Below are positions 25,018-38,740 of a stretch of 64,000 nt of DNA, piece by piece. Origin of the DNA: Amphiscolops sp. MND2022. Lineage: Eukaryota. The stretch lies in the NCBI GenBank assembly GCA_964187785.1, contig OZ076409.1, positions 54,312,001 through 54,376,000 of the forward strand, written 5' to 3'. A program made the translations under genes and the position numbers. The notes under the pieces were generated by a model, which worked only from the letters and a program-made list of their open reading frames with translations, had not been told where the DNA came from and made no database searches. Numbering within the stretch: the stretch's first letter is position 1; each line of letters opens with the position of its first letter.

Positions 25018-25169
25018 GGAGGGGAATAGGATCTAAATAATAAGATCTAAAATTTAGTGATTTTAGATCTTATTCCCTTTAGATCTTATTCCCGTCCTGA
25101 AATTTTAGATCTTATTCCCTTTGGATCTTAATCCCATTTTTGACTTTAGATCTTATTCAACCCCCCTCC
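25018..25169. mobile_element. Short MITE with TAGATCTTATTCCC repeats
   Basis: GGAGGGG...CCCCTCC termini; followed by a 16-bp TAAATAGTCAAGTAAC repeat, about 3 copies (25173-25218). Confidence 0.55.
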
Positions 25170-25941
25170 TACTAAAATAGTCAAGTAACTAAATAGTCAA
25201 GTAACTAAATAGTCAAGTGATGGAGCGTGGAGATTTGGCAGAATTTGGAAAAAAAAACGCAACACAGATGATGATTTTCCTCCCCATTAAAAATGTGGGT
25301 CGGAAAATAAAAAAACATTCATTGAATGATGGTTGAATTCGAAATTCATTAACGAAGTCTTGAAATAACATCGACAGTGATTTAGTCCTCGAATGAGGAC
25401 AGCGATTTTTTTCGCAATCAATGAAAAATTACGAAACGCAAAAGCATTTGGAAACCTGAAATTTGCCTTTCTCTTCGACAATCTATTGGACTATCTGTGG
25501 TGAGTTGTTACTTGTGTCAATTCAGTTTTTTTCCGAGTAATTTTTTAAGTGATAATTTGCAAAAAATTATTTTTCAGAAAATTAATCTTTTCTCAATAAC
25601 TGAGCAACTGTTTGCTAGGTTACTGCCCCACTCTAGGAACACAATAGGCCACCATTGAAAATGCATTATAAAAGTTTTTTCAATGAAGCTTCAATTATGA
25701 TTTCGACCGCATTTAAAAGTGTTCAGTTGAAAAATGCTCGTCTTAAAAGTTTTTGTTTACAAAGGATTCAACTTTTGGCAATTTCCGCTTGAATGAATAG
25801 ATAATTTGGATAATTTCCGAAAATTTCGAATAATTTCCGAAATAATGAATAGAAAATTTGGCATCGTAGCTCTGGATGAATTGCGTTTTTATTGCAACCA
25901 AAATAGTTTCTGCTCAATACAGCTGGGATGTTAATACTAAC

Positions 25942-26177
25942 CCACGGTAGTCATGGTGATGACAGCCCACCAGAAAGAGGCGGGGATGGAGGTGAAAGCG
26001 GTGTTAGGGTCAGTTCTTTCAGCGAAGTACACTAGACTGGAGAATACCATGACACCTATGGCGAGAAAAAGCATGAGCAGTCCCAACTCTTTGTAACTCT
26101 GCTTTAGGGTAAATCCCAAACTCTGAAGCCCCGTCGAGTGCCGCGCCAGTTTTAGCACCCTCATGATACGTGCCACC
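25942..26177 (-). CDS. KCNB: Shab/Kv2 exon (S4, S5, pore helix)
   Basis: ttcag|GGTGG...ACCGTGG|gttagt; 236 nt; [35 protein letters not shown]...[16 protein letters not shown]. Confidence 0.97.
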
Positions 26178-28252
26178 CTGAAACATTCGAAATTAATTCA
26201 AAATATGTTTGCTTGTCAAACTAAATCCATAAACATTCGGTGATCTGTATAATATAGACAAAAGACATCGGTTTTAAATGTGCTTTTACTTGACACATAG
26301 TGGTATTTCATCATGTAGGAATTCACAATTATCAACAAGCACATAGAGACGTGTCACAATTTGTTTTTAAAGGCCACAACGAGAAGACATTCAGGTTCAT
26401 TTCTATCACTCATTGGGTTCTTTTCCACTCACTTTTCTTTTAAAAAAAACTCATCAACGATCGCCAAGCATGGGAAGAAAAATTAACAACAAACGTAGTC
26501 AAGTAGGCAATCAATCATTTTATGTTGACATCACTTCACAAGCATTCGAACCATACAATCCTGGGTTCGACTCTTGACATGGTTCGATTCTTTTAACAAT
26601 TTAATGAGTGTTATTTTCAGTGCTTCCTAAACGAGATGACAGAAGTTCAAATGCCGAAAACCAATCGAAACCGTTCATAGGATTCTTTGCTGAGGCGGAA
26701 ACTAAGCTGATGCCTGAATTAACGACGCATCTTTTACACGTTATTGAAAAAATAGAAAACTACTGACTGGTGCCAGAGTGAAATCTCAGGCGCAGAAAGA
26801 ACACTTGTTATTTTCCCAGTTTTGAGCAAGTTTTCTAAAAATTAATTCATCGGATTCTGTAGATTATCTAAAATTCATTGATATATTTTTCTGCCAGAAA
26901 CATTCTAAATGGAACAATAATCGCAGTTTTTTACCGCCCAAATTTAATTTCCTATCTTAAAACATGTAAATCGAGGAAAAATTTTACTTTTCCATCCCGA
27001 TATTTCGAAATTCATTGATGGTTTTTAAAATGAAATATATCCCTAGCTTCAGTAGATTTGGGGAGTTAATCGAGTAAAAAATTTGCCAAAAAGCTTTTGG
27101 TAGAAGGAACAAAATCGGAAAATGGAAAAAAGTCCCACTTTTGCTTAAAATCAGCAATTTTACCGAATTGCTGAAAATTTCTGAAAGTCTCTTTCAAAAA
27201 AGGCTAATGTAAACTAGATAAAAGCTGAGAAACTTTTATTTCTAATAATTTTGAAAATTTTCAAGTGATTTCGAAACAATCGGGCCTAATTTCGCCCGGG
27301 GGATGTTTTCGTAATCACAGTACTGTATTTCTCGGGATTCTCAATCGATTCCAATAATGCACTGAATTTCTGCCCAAAATTTGATTGAGAATTCGAATTG
27401 CCGTTGAAAGTTTGAAATCAACAGTCAAGGTGAAAATTATATTGTCTAAATCTAGTTTTTAGATTACCAGAAATTTCGTCGTCAGAAATTTAGTCGCCAC
27501 AAAATTTCGTCGTCGGAAATTTCGTCGTCAGAAATTTCGTCGTAGGTGATTACGTGCTATAGAAGGTCGCTTTTTCTCTAATCTATTAGGAATCGTCTTA
27601 TTATTGAGTCTTAATAATTATCGATGATTGTGCAATTATAGCTATCTTTGAATACTTTTAGTTATGGTTTTGAGAGAAAAGTTTCGAACCATGTTCCTTA
27701 TCCTCCCAGATATATCTAGTTTCTTATCCCCCACCACGAAGTTGTTTCGACACTTAAAGCAAAAATTATAAAGAATTTTTGATAATTTTCCGACAAAAAA
27801 GCACATTCACCTCTGGAACAAGCTTAAATTGTATTGTAAGGCCCTTGTAAGTAGTTCCACCGGTAGGACTGAAAATATAACATTGCTCAATAAGCGTCTT
27901 GATGAGTTGATTGAATGCAATTCACTTTTTGACTTAATTTTGGTGTCAAAATGGACCTTGTTCCTAAGATCTCATTTTCATTATTTTAAATAATTGATTA
28001 TTTGAAATGATATCTTTTCGTGAACGCTGTTAATTCTAATCAATATGACGAAATTTGTGACGACGAAATTGCTGGGTTTGCTAATACGACCAAATTTCCG
28101 CCTCCCAGCTTTCGAACTTCGTCTACTTTTATAACAGTTTGCCAGAGTCTACTGATTGCCACCCACAATATTTAGATGCAATGTATCTCACATTAGCCAA
28201 AACGCCAAAAATCCCGATATGATGTTTCAAGTTTTATGAAGTGAAGTGATAC

Positions 28253-28439
28253 CTGAATAGTTGCACTGCCCTGCCGACTGTCTGTACATTGTTGACCTGG
28301 CTGCCCGAGGCGGTCAAGAACACGGTGATGTAGAAGGGCAAGATGGCCGTCAAGTCAATGACGTTCAGAGGCGCCTTGAAGAAAGTCCACTTATTGGGCG
28401 AGCTCGTGAACCTCAGTGCGTACTCAAGGGTGAACCACG
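28253..28439 (-). CDS. KCNB: Shab/Kv2 exon (S2-S3, start of S4)
   Basis: tgtag|CGTGG...TTCAG|gtatca; 187 nt; [62 protein letters not shown]. Only its antisense ORF appears in the track. Confidence 0.95.
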
Positions 28440-28605
28440 CTACAATGATAAACTCACGACTTACAACTTGGTATAATTGATACTCAACTATGGGAACGAA
28501 AGCTAAAGATAGCTGGCATTACAGCTGAAAACTTTGGAAGCGCATTGCTTCGGACATGCGTTCGATAAAAACTCTCAAAATTTCTTACAAATACAATGCT
28601 ATTTT

Positions 28606-29082
28606 AGTCGGCCCTTTTCCTAAAAAGAGCCGACTATAGTCATGGCTTTTCGTCAGTTTTTTAAAAATTTTTCAAAGACCATCTCAAGTGACCAAAATAG
28701 TTCTACCAAAAGTTCTACAAAATTTCAAATTTCACCTCTTGGCCCAGGGAACTAAGCCAAAAAGGTTTTTTTTCGCGTACCATACATTACCGGGCGAGAC
28801 GAAAGGGTCCCCCCTTTCAATTTTTTTTTCGGCATTGTGCGACTTTTTTCGAATTTTTTTACACCAAAGGGTTCCCCTTTCAATTTTTTTCGAGTTTTGC
28901 GACAAAATGGATGTTGAAAAATCCCAAAGGATCCTTCATTTCAGTTTTTTTGGCATTGTGAGACTTTTTCAATTTTTTCTTCATAAAAGGGTCCCCAATT
29001 CACCAATACTTAGACATTTTGAAGTCCTTTTGCTATTTTTGAGCCTTAGAGATGGCGCCGACTTGGGCCCGTCCCGGCTTGT
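28606..29082 (+). mobile_element. Helentron/DINE-1-like element
   Basis: 5' AGTCGGC; 3' GGCGCCGACTTGGGCCCGTCCCGGCTTGT; T-rich flanks. Confidence 0.7.
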
Positions 29083-29586
29083 TTTGAATTCGAATGATTA
29101 TTACAAAAGGATAGTGTATTTTGAGGAGTTTTGGATTTTTTTGAATTTTATTATGCGATATCTCGAAACCTATTAGTTAACTTCTGAGATTTCATTTTTC
29201 CAGCCTATGATATTGATTGCATATAATATGATATGACACTATACTACGGCGCAAATGTATTATGACGTCATCACAGCGATCGAAAGTACCAAAAAGGTAT
29301 ATCATGTCTCGACTTTTTTATACTTCAATTCTGTCATCATAGCTGATCGTTATGATGACATCATAATACATTTGTATGTAAGTTTGCACCAGAGTGATAG
29401 TGTCATATTAGATGCGTTTATTATCATAGGTTGAAAAAGAGTGAAATTTCAGAAGTTAACTAGTCTTAAGCGGGGCGTCGACTTGCGCCGTTTCCGCCTT
29501 TTAATAAACCAATCCAAAAAGAATGAACCCTTCATTATTAAGAACCAACTCATCCCGCAAGTAGAACTTTTTCCTCAACAACTCAC

Positions 29587-29956
29587 CTATGCAAAATGTC
29601 TCAATGGTAGCCAGATACTGATTGTCTTCGAACGCACTGTCTGGCAGGGCGCCGGCCGAGTGCTGTTGTTTGTTCTGCCGCGACCCCTTTGCGTAGCTGG
29701 CTTCTGCTGGGGCCACAGAAGAAGAGGACAGGTGTTCACCCTGTGAGTGTAGTTCAGAAGCACGTTTACTGAGGGAACTTGTCGATGAAGAGTTGGTAGC
29801 ATTGCCCAGTGATGAAAGTAGGACAGAGGAGGAGGAGGAGGAGGAGGAGGATGAGGTCTGTTCGGCCCCGAAGCCTGGCTGCAGTTCCGGCAAAGTGTTG
29901 AGAGATAAGGCCAAGGTTGATAAGAGAATGAAGAATATGGAAGTTATAGCGAAAAC
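29587..29956 (-). CDS. KCNB: Shab/Kv2 exon (S1, expanded S1-S2 loop, start of S2)
   Basis: ttcag|GTTTTC...TGCATAG|gtgagt; 370 nt; VFAITSIFFILLSTLALSLNTLPELQ...DNQYLATIETFCI. Confidence 0.93.
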
Positions 29957-31093
29957 CTGAAACACAGGAGTTAGTTGTTCTAGGTTCGAGGAGTAAACAA
30001 TAGAATTCACGCGTTTTTGTTGTCAACTTTCCATGTACTGACATTCACAAAAATAAGTTACTATTTTATATTAGACAATACGGGAACGCTCCAAGTCGTC
30101 GCCCCGCCTAAAAACTTTAAATATTTTAAAGGACTGTTTTTTTATGAAAAATCTGAAGAAATCTCACAGTGTTGACAACGTCCAATGAGGGAATTCTTAG
30201 GCCTCAAAAATGACTTTTTCCTAACTTCTGTTTAAATGAAAAAAATACACAAAAAGTCCGAGAGTGCCAAAAACCCAAGGATCCAGTTTCGTAAATTTAG
30301 ACTAAAATGTGAAATAATCGAAGGGCATCCCGCGATGCATGTAAGATTTTAGAATAAATTCGGCTCAAAACGTAAACCTTCCAAATATGCGAAATTTGCC
30401 ACAGTCGGACAACCAAACAGAAATGTTGTTCAAAGATATTTTTGTCCAAAGAAAGATTTTCCACTATAGAACTCGGGCTCTTTTTAATCAAAAAGACTAA
30501 AAAACCTTTCCAGTCGCCCATTTTCTCTTGTTTAATAAAACCACTGTCTCTAAATCAATTCAATTTTCCGTCTGGGTTGAAGACAGAAAATTTTCCCTGC
30601 GGGAGTTCTAAATGTTTTCATTTGCAACCTTCAAAAATCTATTACAGTTCTTCAAGAAAATACTTATTGACAGTGATGATTGATAACTTGAAAACACAAC
30701 AGTCGATTTGCGCTGACCCAAAATACTCATTTAAAATGCTTGAGAAACGTCAAAAAAGTGAATCCTTTCTCTGAGAGACATTTTTCATTCTGTTTTCCTT
30801 CGGCTCCAACGAATGGCGGCTTGTGTTAGCAAGTTGAACTACAAGCAACTTGTAGATTTTTGAACTACAAGCAACTTGGAGATTTTTCATCTTTACAGAC
30901 CGCCAAAATGCTCCTCAATTGGCATCGACAATTTACTGGAATTATGTAATGAATGGATTGTGTAATGAGTTGTGAATGTTTACTTCGGGGCCCTTGAGTT
31001 TATTTGAGCCTGATTTACCTCAATTGCTATGACTCAAGTATAGAGAGCAAACAATTTTCGGGTTCTGATATCATACATCTAACACTTGTTCTT

Positions 31094-31293
31094 NNNNNNN
31101 NNNNNNNNNNNNNNNNNNNNNNNNNNNNNNNNNNNNNNNNNNNNNNNNNNNNNNNNNNNNNNNNNNNNNNNNNNNNNNNNNNNNNNNNNNNNNNNNNNNN
31201 NNNNNNNNNNNNNNNNNNNNNNNNNNNNNNNNNNNNNNNNNNNNNNNNNNNNNNNNNNNNNNNNNNNNNNNNNNNNNNNNNNNNNNNNNNNNN
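31094..31293. other. Scaffold gap (200 N)
   Basis: Run of exactly 200 N. Confidence 0.99.
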
Positions 31294-31699
31294 GGAAAGA
31301 AGTATCACGATGCCGGAAAAACTCAAGTTATGAGTTGTCTAGCAACGACAAAAGCTTTAAAAACTATGGTACCTAATTGTGGTACCCTTTGCACGTACCC
31401 GAGATTGCTTTCTAGTAAGGTATGATGGCCTAGAGAAAATCTGTAAGAAAGGGACCTTTCAGTGTGTGGTCTGTTTTCTGGACAAAAAAACAAAAGCAGT
31501 CAAAAACAATCAAAGTAGTCAGTATTCGATCAGTCACAATCAACAGTCGAAAATCAGATATTTTTGAACGGTTTGGGAAAAAAGCAAAGAACGCCTCTGA
31601 AAAAGAATAAGCAAGTAAATCAAGTGCAACTATCTGAAAGAGCTGAAAAACTAAAGCTAGTATAGAAAAGATCTTGTTCCGAAGAATTTTTGAACCGAT

Positions 31700-34600
31700 A
31701 GTGTTTGTGTTTCAATTCACAATTCACTCAATTTTTGTGTTTCAAGTTTTGACTTTCAATTCAGTTGAAGAATCGATTTTAGTCTTGTTAAAGCAAACTT
31801 TAAGTACCCAGATCAATTGCTTTGCCAATGTTGTCAAAAAATTTCCAGATATATCGTTCAAAAAACTTGCTGGATATTGCAAGTTATTAATAACAAGATT
31901 ATAAAGAAGCAGAAGACGAGTTGGTTGTGAAATATTTCCGAGTTGAGTAAAGTGTTTTAATACCACCGGTCAATTTGCGGAGTAAAGGTTTGGCATCAGC
32001 TCGAAAAAAGTTCCTAAAGAGAAATTTAGAACTTTCAATGGTCTGGACTTTGACATCAGTTTTCAGAAATTACCTCATTCGAACTTTTTGTTTTTTTTTT
32101 CCTAACGATTCCAGAGATTCAATTACGTTTATTCACTAGTGTGAACATCATGTTGTTATTAGCGTAATGCATCAAATCGATTTGCCTTCAATCGGGTTGT
32201 TGTCGCAGATGTTGGTAAGACGTAGCTCTAAAAAAGTCTACTTTCAAAAACCTTGATAAAACTGAATCAAGTTATATTTGCAAACAGATAGCATAAGGTT
32301 TTGAATGCGTTCGCTGAGGTAGCTTTTGATTATAAAAACGGTTTCATCAATGAAGGTAAGTCTTGACACTTTCTGTAGTAGAAATGCCTGAGATTTTGCA
32401 TCGAATGCATTAGACAGATCTATAAAGGCAGCAATGCCCTTCTTCTATCCAGCAATTTTATAAGGATGGTTCCGGGTTCAGTAGAGTATCCGTTGTTGAA
32501 TAGTTATATCTAAAATTGAACTGCAAAGGGCTAAACAACTCGTTTTTGCCTAGATATTCGATCATTTGTCGCTGCAGTGTTTTTCAAAGCTTTTTGAAAG
32601 AGGAGGGGAAAAGATATAGATCGTTGATTGGCGGTATCCCAGGTTAACCATCATGGCTAATTCATGGATATTCATCCATGATTCATCCATGATTCATGGA
32701 TCGCCATGCCATGAATCATTCCATGATCTTGGAAAGATATCCATGATTCATGGATGATTCATGGATGGAAACCCATGATTCATGGATGGAAACCCATGAT
32801 TCATGGATTAAATCCCCGACGCCGAGGATGATCATCGATGCAAATTAATGCGAAGGCCCAGTTTTTGAACTGGCCGTTGAACTGGATACACCAGATTCGA
32901 TGAATTATGAAAAGAATAGTACCATAAAATCTAGTTTCGGATTGATGAATTCCGAAAAGACCCTCAAAAATGATGAAAACGCCTAAAAAGAGCACAAATT
33001 AAGCGGATATCATGGGATTTGACATCTATCGAAACAAACAAGTCAAATAAACCTCAGTTTTATGAGAACCGACACGCACAGAAAATTTTGCCTAGGCTAA
33101 ATTAGCTAAATCAGCTAATTCGAACATTTGAACGAATTATGAATGAATTATGAATCAATTATGAATGAATTATGAAAAGAATAGTACCATAAAATCTAGT
33201 TTTGGATTGATGAATTCCGAAAAGACCCTCAAAAATGATGAAAACGCCTAAAAAGAGCACAAATTAAGCGGATATAATGGGATTTGACATCTATCGAAAC
33301 AAACAAGTCAAATAAACCTCAGTTTTATGAGAACCGACACGCACAGAAAATTTTGCCTAGGCTAAATTAGCTAAATCAGCTAATTCGAACATTTGAACGA
33401 ATTTTTCAACATTGCAAATCATGGATGAATCATGGATGACAATCATGGATGAAAATCCATGAAGCGTCACTCTGCCATGGATCATCGATGTTTTTCCATG
33501 AATGAGTATGTAATGTGTTGAAAAATCCATGATCATGGATGAATATCCATGAATTAGCCATGATGGTCAACCTGGGATCTTCGCTTTGAAAATTGGTAAA
33601 TTATTACCTTTTTAGGGTGTGTTTGAAATTATCCTCAACGATGGAGGAATTTATCATCTAACAGCGCGGATTCGCAATGATGTTCAAGCAGTCTTTCAAA
33701 ATCCCAGTGGGGTTTCAGTTTCTTGGTATTGTGAGACGTTTTTCTGAAAATTTTTTCTCTCCGAAAACCATCCTTCAATTTTTTGATGTTTTGCAACAGT
33801 GGATGTTTAAACATCGAAAAGGGTCCCCACTTTTACCGCGCCTGTTCGGTCGTTGGGGTTTTTCGAAAGTGTTTCGAAACTCTTTTTGTGAGGACGACAC
33901 TTATGCCGTTCCCGGCTTGTTTCAATTCAACATTACGTGAGTTGAACTCTAAAATGGTTGAACTTTCTACCAGCTGTTTTAGTTGTAGGAGATGCATAAG
34001 GTCTTTTGAAGCCTAATTAGTCACCTTTTTCAGAAAACCGGTATATCAGCAAATCTGTAGTCTTTCCTCGATATGTAACAACGTCACTGAAAGAATTCTC
34101 GAGGATAACGTCATCAATTGTATTCTCAGACAGTTTCGAACTTCGTTCATTGGCATTCTTTGGATTTTACCAGTTCGTTTTGGATTTCTTGATAACCAAG
34201 GTTGTTCGGCCTCATAATCGACTTCAGTCTCCGATAAACATTTTTTTGTTTCATTTTTTACCCAAAGCGTTTGAATCGGAAAACGTATTTTGTTATTTCG
34301 AATTAAGACAATTTTCAGTTCAGTTGATACTGATAGCTGATTCAGAAAAATTAGTGGAACCAGTGAACTGTCCCTCAGCAATGGTTTGTTTTAAACAAGG
34401 TTCTCGAATGCTGTTGACTTTTAAATAGATCTTTGTTCCGGCTAGATTGTCTTAGATTTCACAAATGTTGCTCTGATTAATTTCTGATGCTTTTTAGCTG
34501 TCTGTCCGAAACAAGTTTGTGGCAAATCTCCATGCCACAATGATCGCTAATGATATATTTAATGACTTTTATTGAGGTTTGGCGAACCGTTTTGGAATGC

Positions 34601-34800
34601 CCAAGCCATTTGGGATCTTTTTACTCTCCAGAAATTGTCTCTCATTTCCACTTAGATAAATCAGATTAAATTTTTTTGCGATTCTTGTGCGGGTTTGAAT
34701 TTTTTTGGCAATCTGGCAGTCAGCTTTGTGAATCTAACTCCAGGATTTGGACAAGGATTAGATTCCTTATCCACGCACCTAGGCTAGTTTCGCTGGATGA
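31700..34800 (-). mobile_element. Decayed CR1/L2-type non-LTR retrotransposon (RT region), interrupted by later insertions
   Basis: Minus-strand remnants PIFK.EDT.NQRSI (across the MITE), FSPLQF.FRYNYSTTD, FIDLSNAFD (32401-32424), SYLSERIQ and YANNN (YADD-like, about 32160); many stops. Confidence 0.7.
32638..33576. mobile_element. CMC/EnSpm-like MITE
   Basis: About 45-bp TIR CCCAGGT(T/C)AACCATCATGGCTAATTCATGGATATTCATCCATGAT; 2-bp AT TSD; CATGGAT subterminal repeats; internal 265-bp tandem duplication (32901-33138 and 33166-33403). Confidence 0.75.
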
Positions 34801-34913
34801 AACAATCAAGTACAGCATTTTTTAGCCCCGTCTATCTTTCGTGTTCAACGAATTCAAACGCTGGAGCTTTTAGTTCAATAAGAAAGGTTTTACTCAAGTT
34901 AGTGAACTACATC

Positions 34914-35454
34914 ACAGTGCACAGGCAAGCTTTTCGCTGCTTTTCGTGGAATCCGGGACACGAAAATTGAGAAAAGTCGTGGAATCCAGGACAAAATTTC
35001 TCTTTGATGTTAAGCGTTTCTTGGATTCCACGACAGTGCCTGTCCTGGATTCCACGCCAATACTGCTGCTATAATGACACTTTTGCCGCTGCTCTCTGAT
35101 TGGTCCGCTCATTTTGAATAATCATTTTATATTAATTCACTTGAATTTAATAAAAGAAGAGATGCCGCGTATCGCGTCAAGCATAAAGTCGTGGAATCCA
35201 GGAAATTTATGATTTCTGCAATCTGATAGGTTCATTTCGCAAAACTTACGTTTTTGTGGAATCCGGGACACCGCTGCATGCCGACAGTTCGTACAGCTAA
35301 GCATTTGTTACTGGAATCCACGACTAAATCCGTGGAATCCGGGACAAATGACGTAATTTGCAAATTTTGCACGGTTAAAGCTATGGTTGTGGAATCCGAG
35401 ATATTGAACGCACTATGTTGCGCTTTGAGCAAATAAGGCTTGCCTGTGCACTCT
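34914..35454. mobile_element. MITE with GTGGAATCC repeats
   Basis: TIR AGTGCACAGGCAAGC / GCTTGCCTGTGCACT; many internal (G)TGGAATCC/GGATTCCA motifs. Confidence 0.6.
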
Positions 35455-35599
35455 AATGTAGGTTTCTTTTCTCGGGATTTACGTCGAACGCTGACAGTAA
35501 AAAACTAACTGGGAATTTGGGAATTTGCTCATATTGGGCTTGTATCACATTGTCGGAAACTCCAAAACTTGACATTTCATGAAGTGGTATGATGCTTGA

Positions 35600-38500
35600 T
35601 GTCATAACCTTCATCACTTTGTTCGAAATCTACTAGATTCTCCCTACGGTGATTATTCTGGTTACTGGAAGTTGCGATTAATTTAGGAAAGTTCTCACCT
35701 GAGTCCTGGACCTGTTGGCAAAATTTACTTTCATGCCGTCCATGTGACTCAAGGTCTGAATTTTGAGTCATTTGGATGTTTTTATCTGGATGCCGTCCAT
35801 CTGACCGAAGGTCCCATTTTGTATTTTTAGCTTCCCTATTGCTTGTAATTACGTTTTCAATGCTTGGCAATATCCTTTCCTCAATTGCTGAGTTTATAAC
35901 CTCCAAAATATGAGAATTTAAGTCTGATTTCATTTCCCCTATTTTCCTTGACATTTGTGACGAAATTTCTGAGTTTATCATTCTACTAATCTCAACGGTA
36001 ATTTCACTGTTTTCACTCAAATTAGTGTTTAGGAGTGATCAATAGTTTGACTCATTTTGGTCTAAGTCCTGTTGCCGTCTTCCTGACTCAGGGTCAATTT
36101 CTATCTGATCAATGGCTTCTTGATCTCTATTTTCACTATTGGTGTAATTTCCCAACATTACGTCTAAATTTTCAATATCTGACATTGCGTCAGAGTGCCT
36201 TGAGCGTTTCTCTTTGGCCTTTTGCTTTCTTGTTGAATATCAATAAAGAATTTCAAATTTCAACAATGAATTGAATATCGCAGTAATGTGAACAGTGTGG
36301 TTGTAAGTGTATTGAATGAATGAATCCTCTATTATTGGAAACATACATATATATATATACTAACTACAGCATGACGCTCAATATTTAGGGTGTCATTTAT
36401 CAAAAATAGCCATGATGTCATAGTCTAAAATAGCATCTTCTAAAAATAGGCTACTAGGGTTAAATTAACCTTACGTCATTTGCCCTATTAACTATAAATA
36501 GCAACAACAACAATTTGATTCTAATAACTACATGTTAACAGCAACAAAAGATGCGTCCAAAATGATATTAAACTGAATGGACCAATGGTCATCGTGGCGG
36601 CAGTATAATACTGGTTACTGCAATATGATCGGTCAAAAGTAGTTCGGACAACGCGTCAACTTGACGGCAACGCTGTACCAGTTGAACGCGTTTCCTGTAC
36701 TTTGTCAGCTTACAGCATCAATCGATTAATCATTTTTCCAACTTTGTCAACAGCAACAAACAATTTACTATAAGTCTGTGTGAAAATACTAGTTCACAAC
36801 AGGTAAGGTTAATCGTGAATAATACTACATGTCGCTTTATGATGGTAAATATACAAGTAGGCGTTTGCCGTTGAGTTGACCTTAGGTCACAAATTATAAA
36901 GTAAATGCGCACAGTGACTAAATTAAGCAACGAAACAGTAAAATATTGACATGTATAATAAAATAATGATATTCGTGAATGTTTTAATTGAGTTTCGAGT
37001 TCTGCCTATATTGGGAGGACACCTGGGCCGGGAACGTTTGAGTCATCTTCAGGGGTAATCTGATATAGTAGACCGTCGCAGGCGGCAGCCTCCGACACTT
37101 GAGAATGATATACGGAGTTGTTTTACCTATTTTGTTGTTTGTCATATGAAGTTGTACCATGGATTGAGCGAATAGATTGATTGCTGGAGTGCCAGTGATT
37201 TTCAGTTTTCGTCAAGCGTAACGTTTCTACGGGGGTCTTTTTTGAGAAAAGCATAAGCCTTTTGATAAAACAATTCCTGATAACTGCAAGCCCTAACTTC
37301 TAATTGAAGTGCACACTGTCATAATAGATCTCTCTTTTGTCTTCCAAGGCTCTGATTGATTGATGAAGCCGAACAGTTTGAATATGTGTTTGGTTAACCA
37401 GGGCTTACTTCATACTTTCTCTGAAAAAATTGCTCATTTTATTGATAATTGTGTTGTTTTTAATTTTTTTAATTGGTGCCACTTCGCACCAAAAGATCTC
37501 TTCAATAGTGAAATGTGTTTTTGTTCCTTTCAAAAACTGTAGAAAGGCATCAACCAGCTCTGCGACATTTCTTGAAAGACTTTAAAATGGAATTAACTCA
37601 GTCTTGAATTATTATACTCTTCATTGTACCAGGAATTTCTTATTTCTCATGAAAGGTTGAACGTCTGTTTGCATGAATTTCCTTTTCTCCAGGTAAATTG
37701 TTTTCTATGATTCGCGGTATAATGCTTCTTTCCGTGGCACGGTTTTCAGTGAAGGTTGCAATTGGAATTAGATTGAAATAACGAAATTGGTTCAGAAGTT
37801 TCTTTCCTTTTTCTTTTAAATCACTGGTAACGTTAACTAATTGTTTGTGTGCTCCATCAACTCCAACATCAGTGATAAGATCTTTCTTCCTTCGGACACA
37901 TGTCTTGGACCATGTGATCTATTCCCCCCAAACTGCGGCGGGGGGAAATAATACAGTAGGTTCAAGTACTAGTTTTAAACGAATTAATTATGTCGACATA
38001 ACATTTTAAATAGTCAAATACCATTATGTCGACATCGTTGCGTTGAAATTTTAGTCCAATAAAATAATTGATGTCGACATAATCATATCTTTTACATTGA
38101 TTGACAGTTAAAATCAATCATTATTCTTTGAAATGTGCTTCCAAACGGACATACTTCCATATTTACAAAACTACGAACTTTGCATTCAGCATTTAAAAGT
38201 CCCATCTGCAAAAATTGTCTGTTTTGGACAAGATATAAAAAAGTCAAAGATGGTTTTGGCTGGAAGTGTCAAAATGGAAATTGTGCGAAATTCAAAAGTA
38301 TTTTTTCTATTCGCACGGGAAGTTTTTTCGCCCAAAGCAATATTCAGTTATCAAAATGGTTACATTTAATTTACCTACAAATTTACATTTATTTGTAAGC
38401 ATATCAACTTGTTTTATTCATTCAATAATTAATATACTTGTGAAAAAGCCGTTTTCGTTTTTTTTGGGGGGGGATTCCTAACATGGTGTACCTGGGGGGA

Positions 38501-38740
38501 AAATAGATCACATGGTCCCATGTCTTTATCAGTTTGATTAGTTCAAGTTTTACAGTTGTCTTGTAAGCTTCAAATGTTAAACTTTTCTGACTATGCAGTG
38601 TCAAATTCAACGAATTGAAGACAGACAGTTGTGTTGTTACGCATTCAAACACTTAGCATTGCGAAGCAACCGTTTTGTGAAATTAGTTCGCGTCGTGTGA
38701 ATTTAGTTCGCGCCGTGTGGTTCATAACGTTTCATAAACG
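35600..38740 (-). mobile_element. Unclassified repeat element, copy 2 (orphan ORF plus SGNH-like remnant), interrupted by a Merlin MITE
   Basis: Minus-strand STRKQKAKEKRSRHSDAMSDIENLDVMLGNY...SEISSQMSRK (about 36240-35600); motif at 37073-37098; decayed ...EIYYDSVHFN... at about 37300-37600; terminus TATGACA at 35600. Confidence 0.55.
37907..38518 (+). mobile_element. Non-autonomous Merlin (IS1016/ISXO2-like) DNA transposon
   Basis: TIR GGACCATGTGATCTATT...; 8-bp TSD CATGTCTT at 37899-37906 and 38519-38526; residual N-terminal transposase C..C...DGFGWKC...C...SIRTGSFF..S.I.LSKWLHLIY. Confidence 0.88.

Noticed and set aside
28261-28476. Plus-strand ORF 28261-28476 and plus-strand ORFs over 10418-12607
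   Set aside because: Antisense to clear Kv2 exons
31004-31376. ORFs containing X runs
   Set aside because: Artefacts of the 200-N gap
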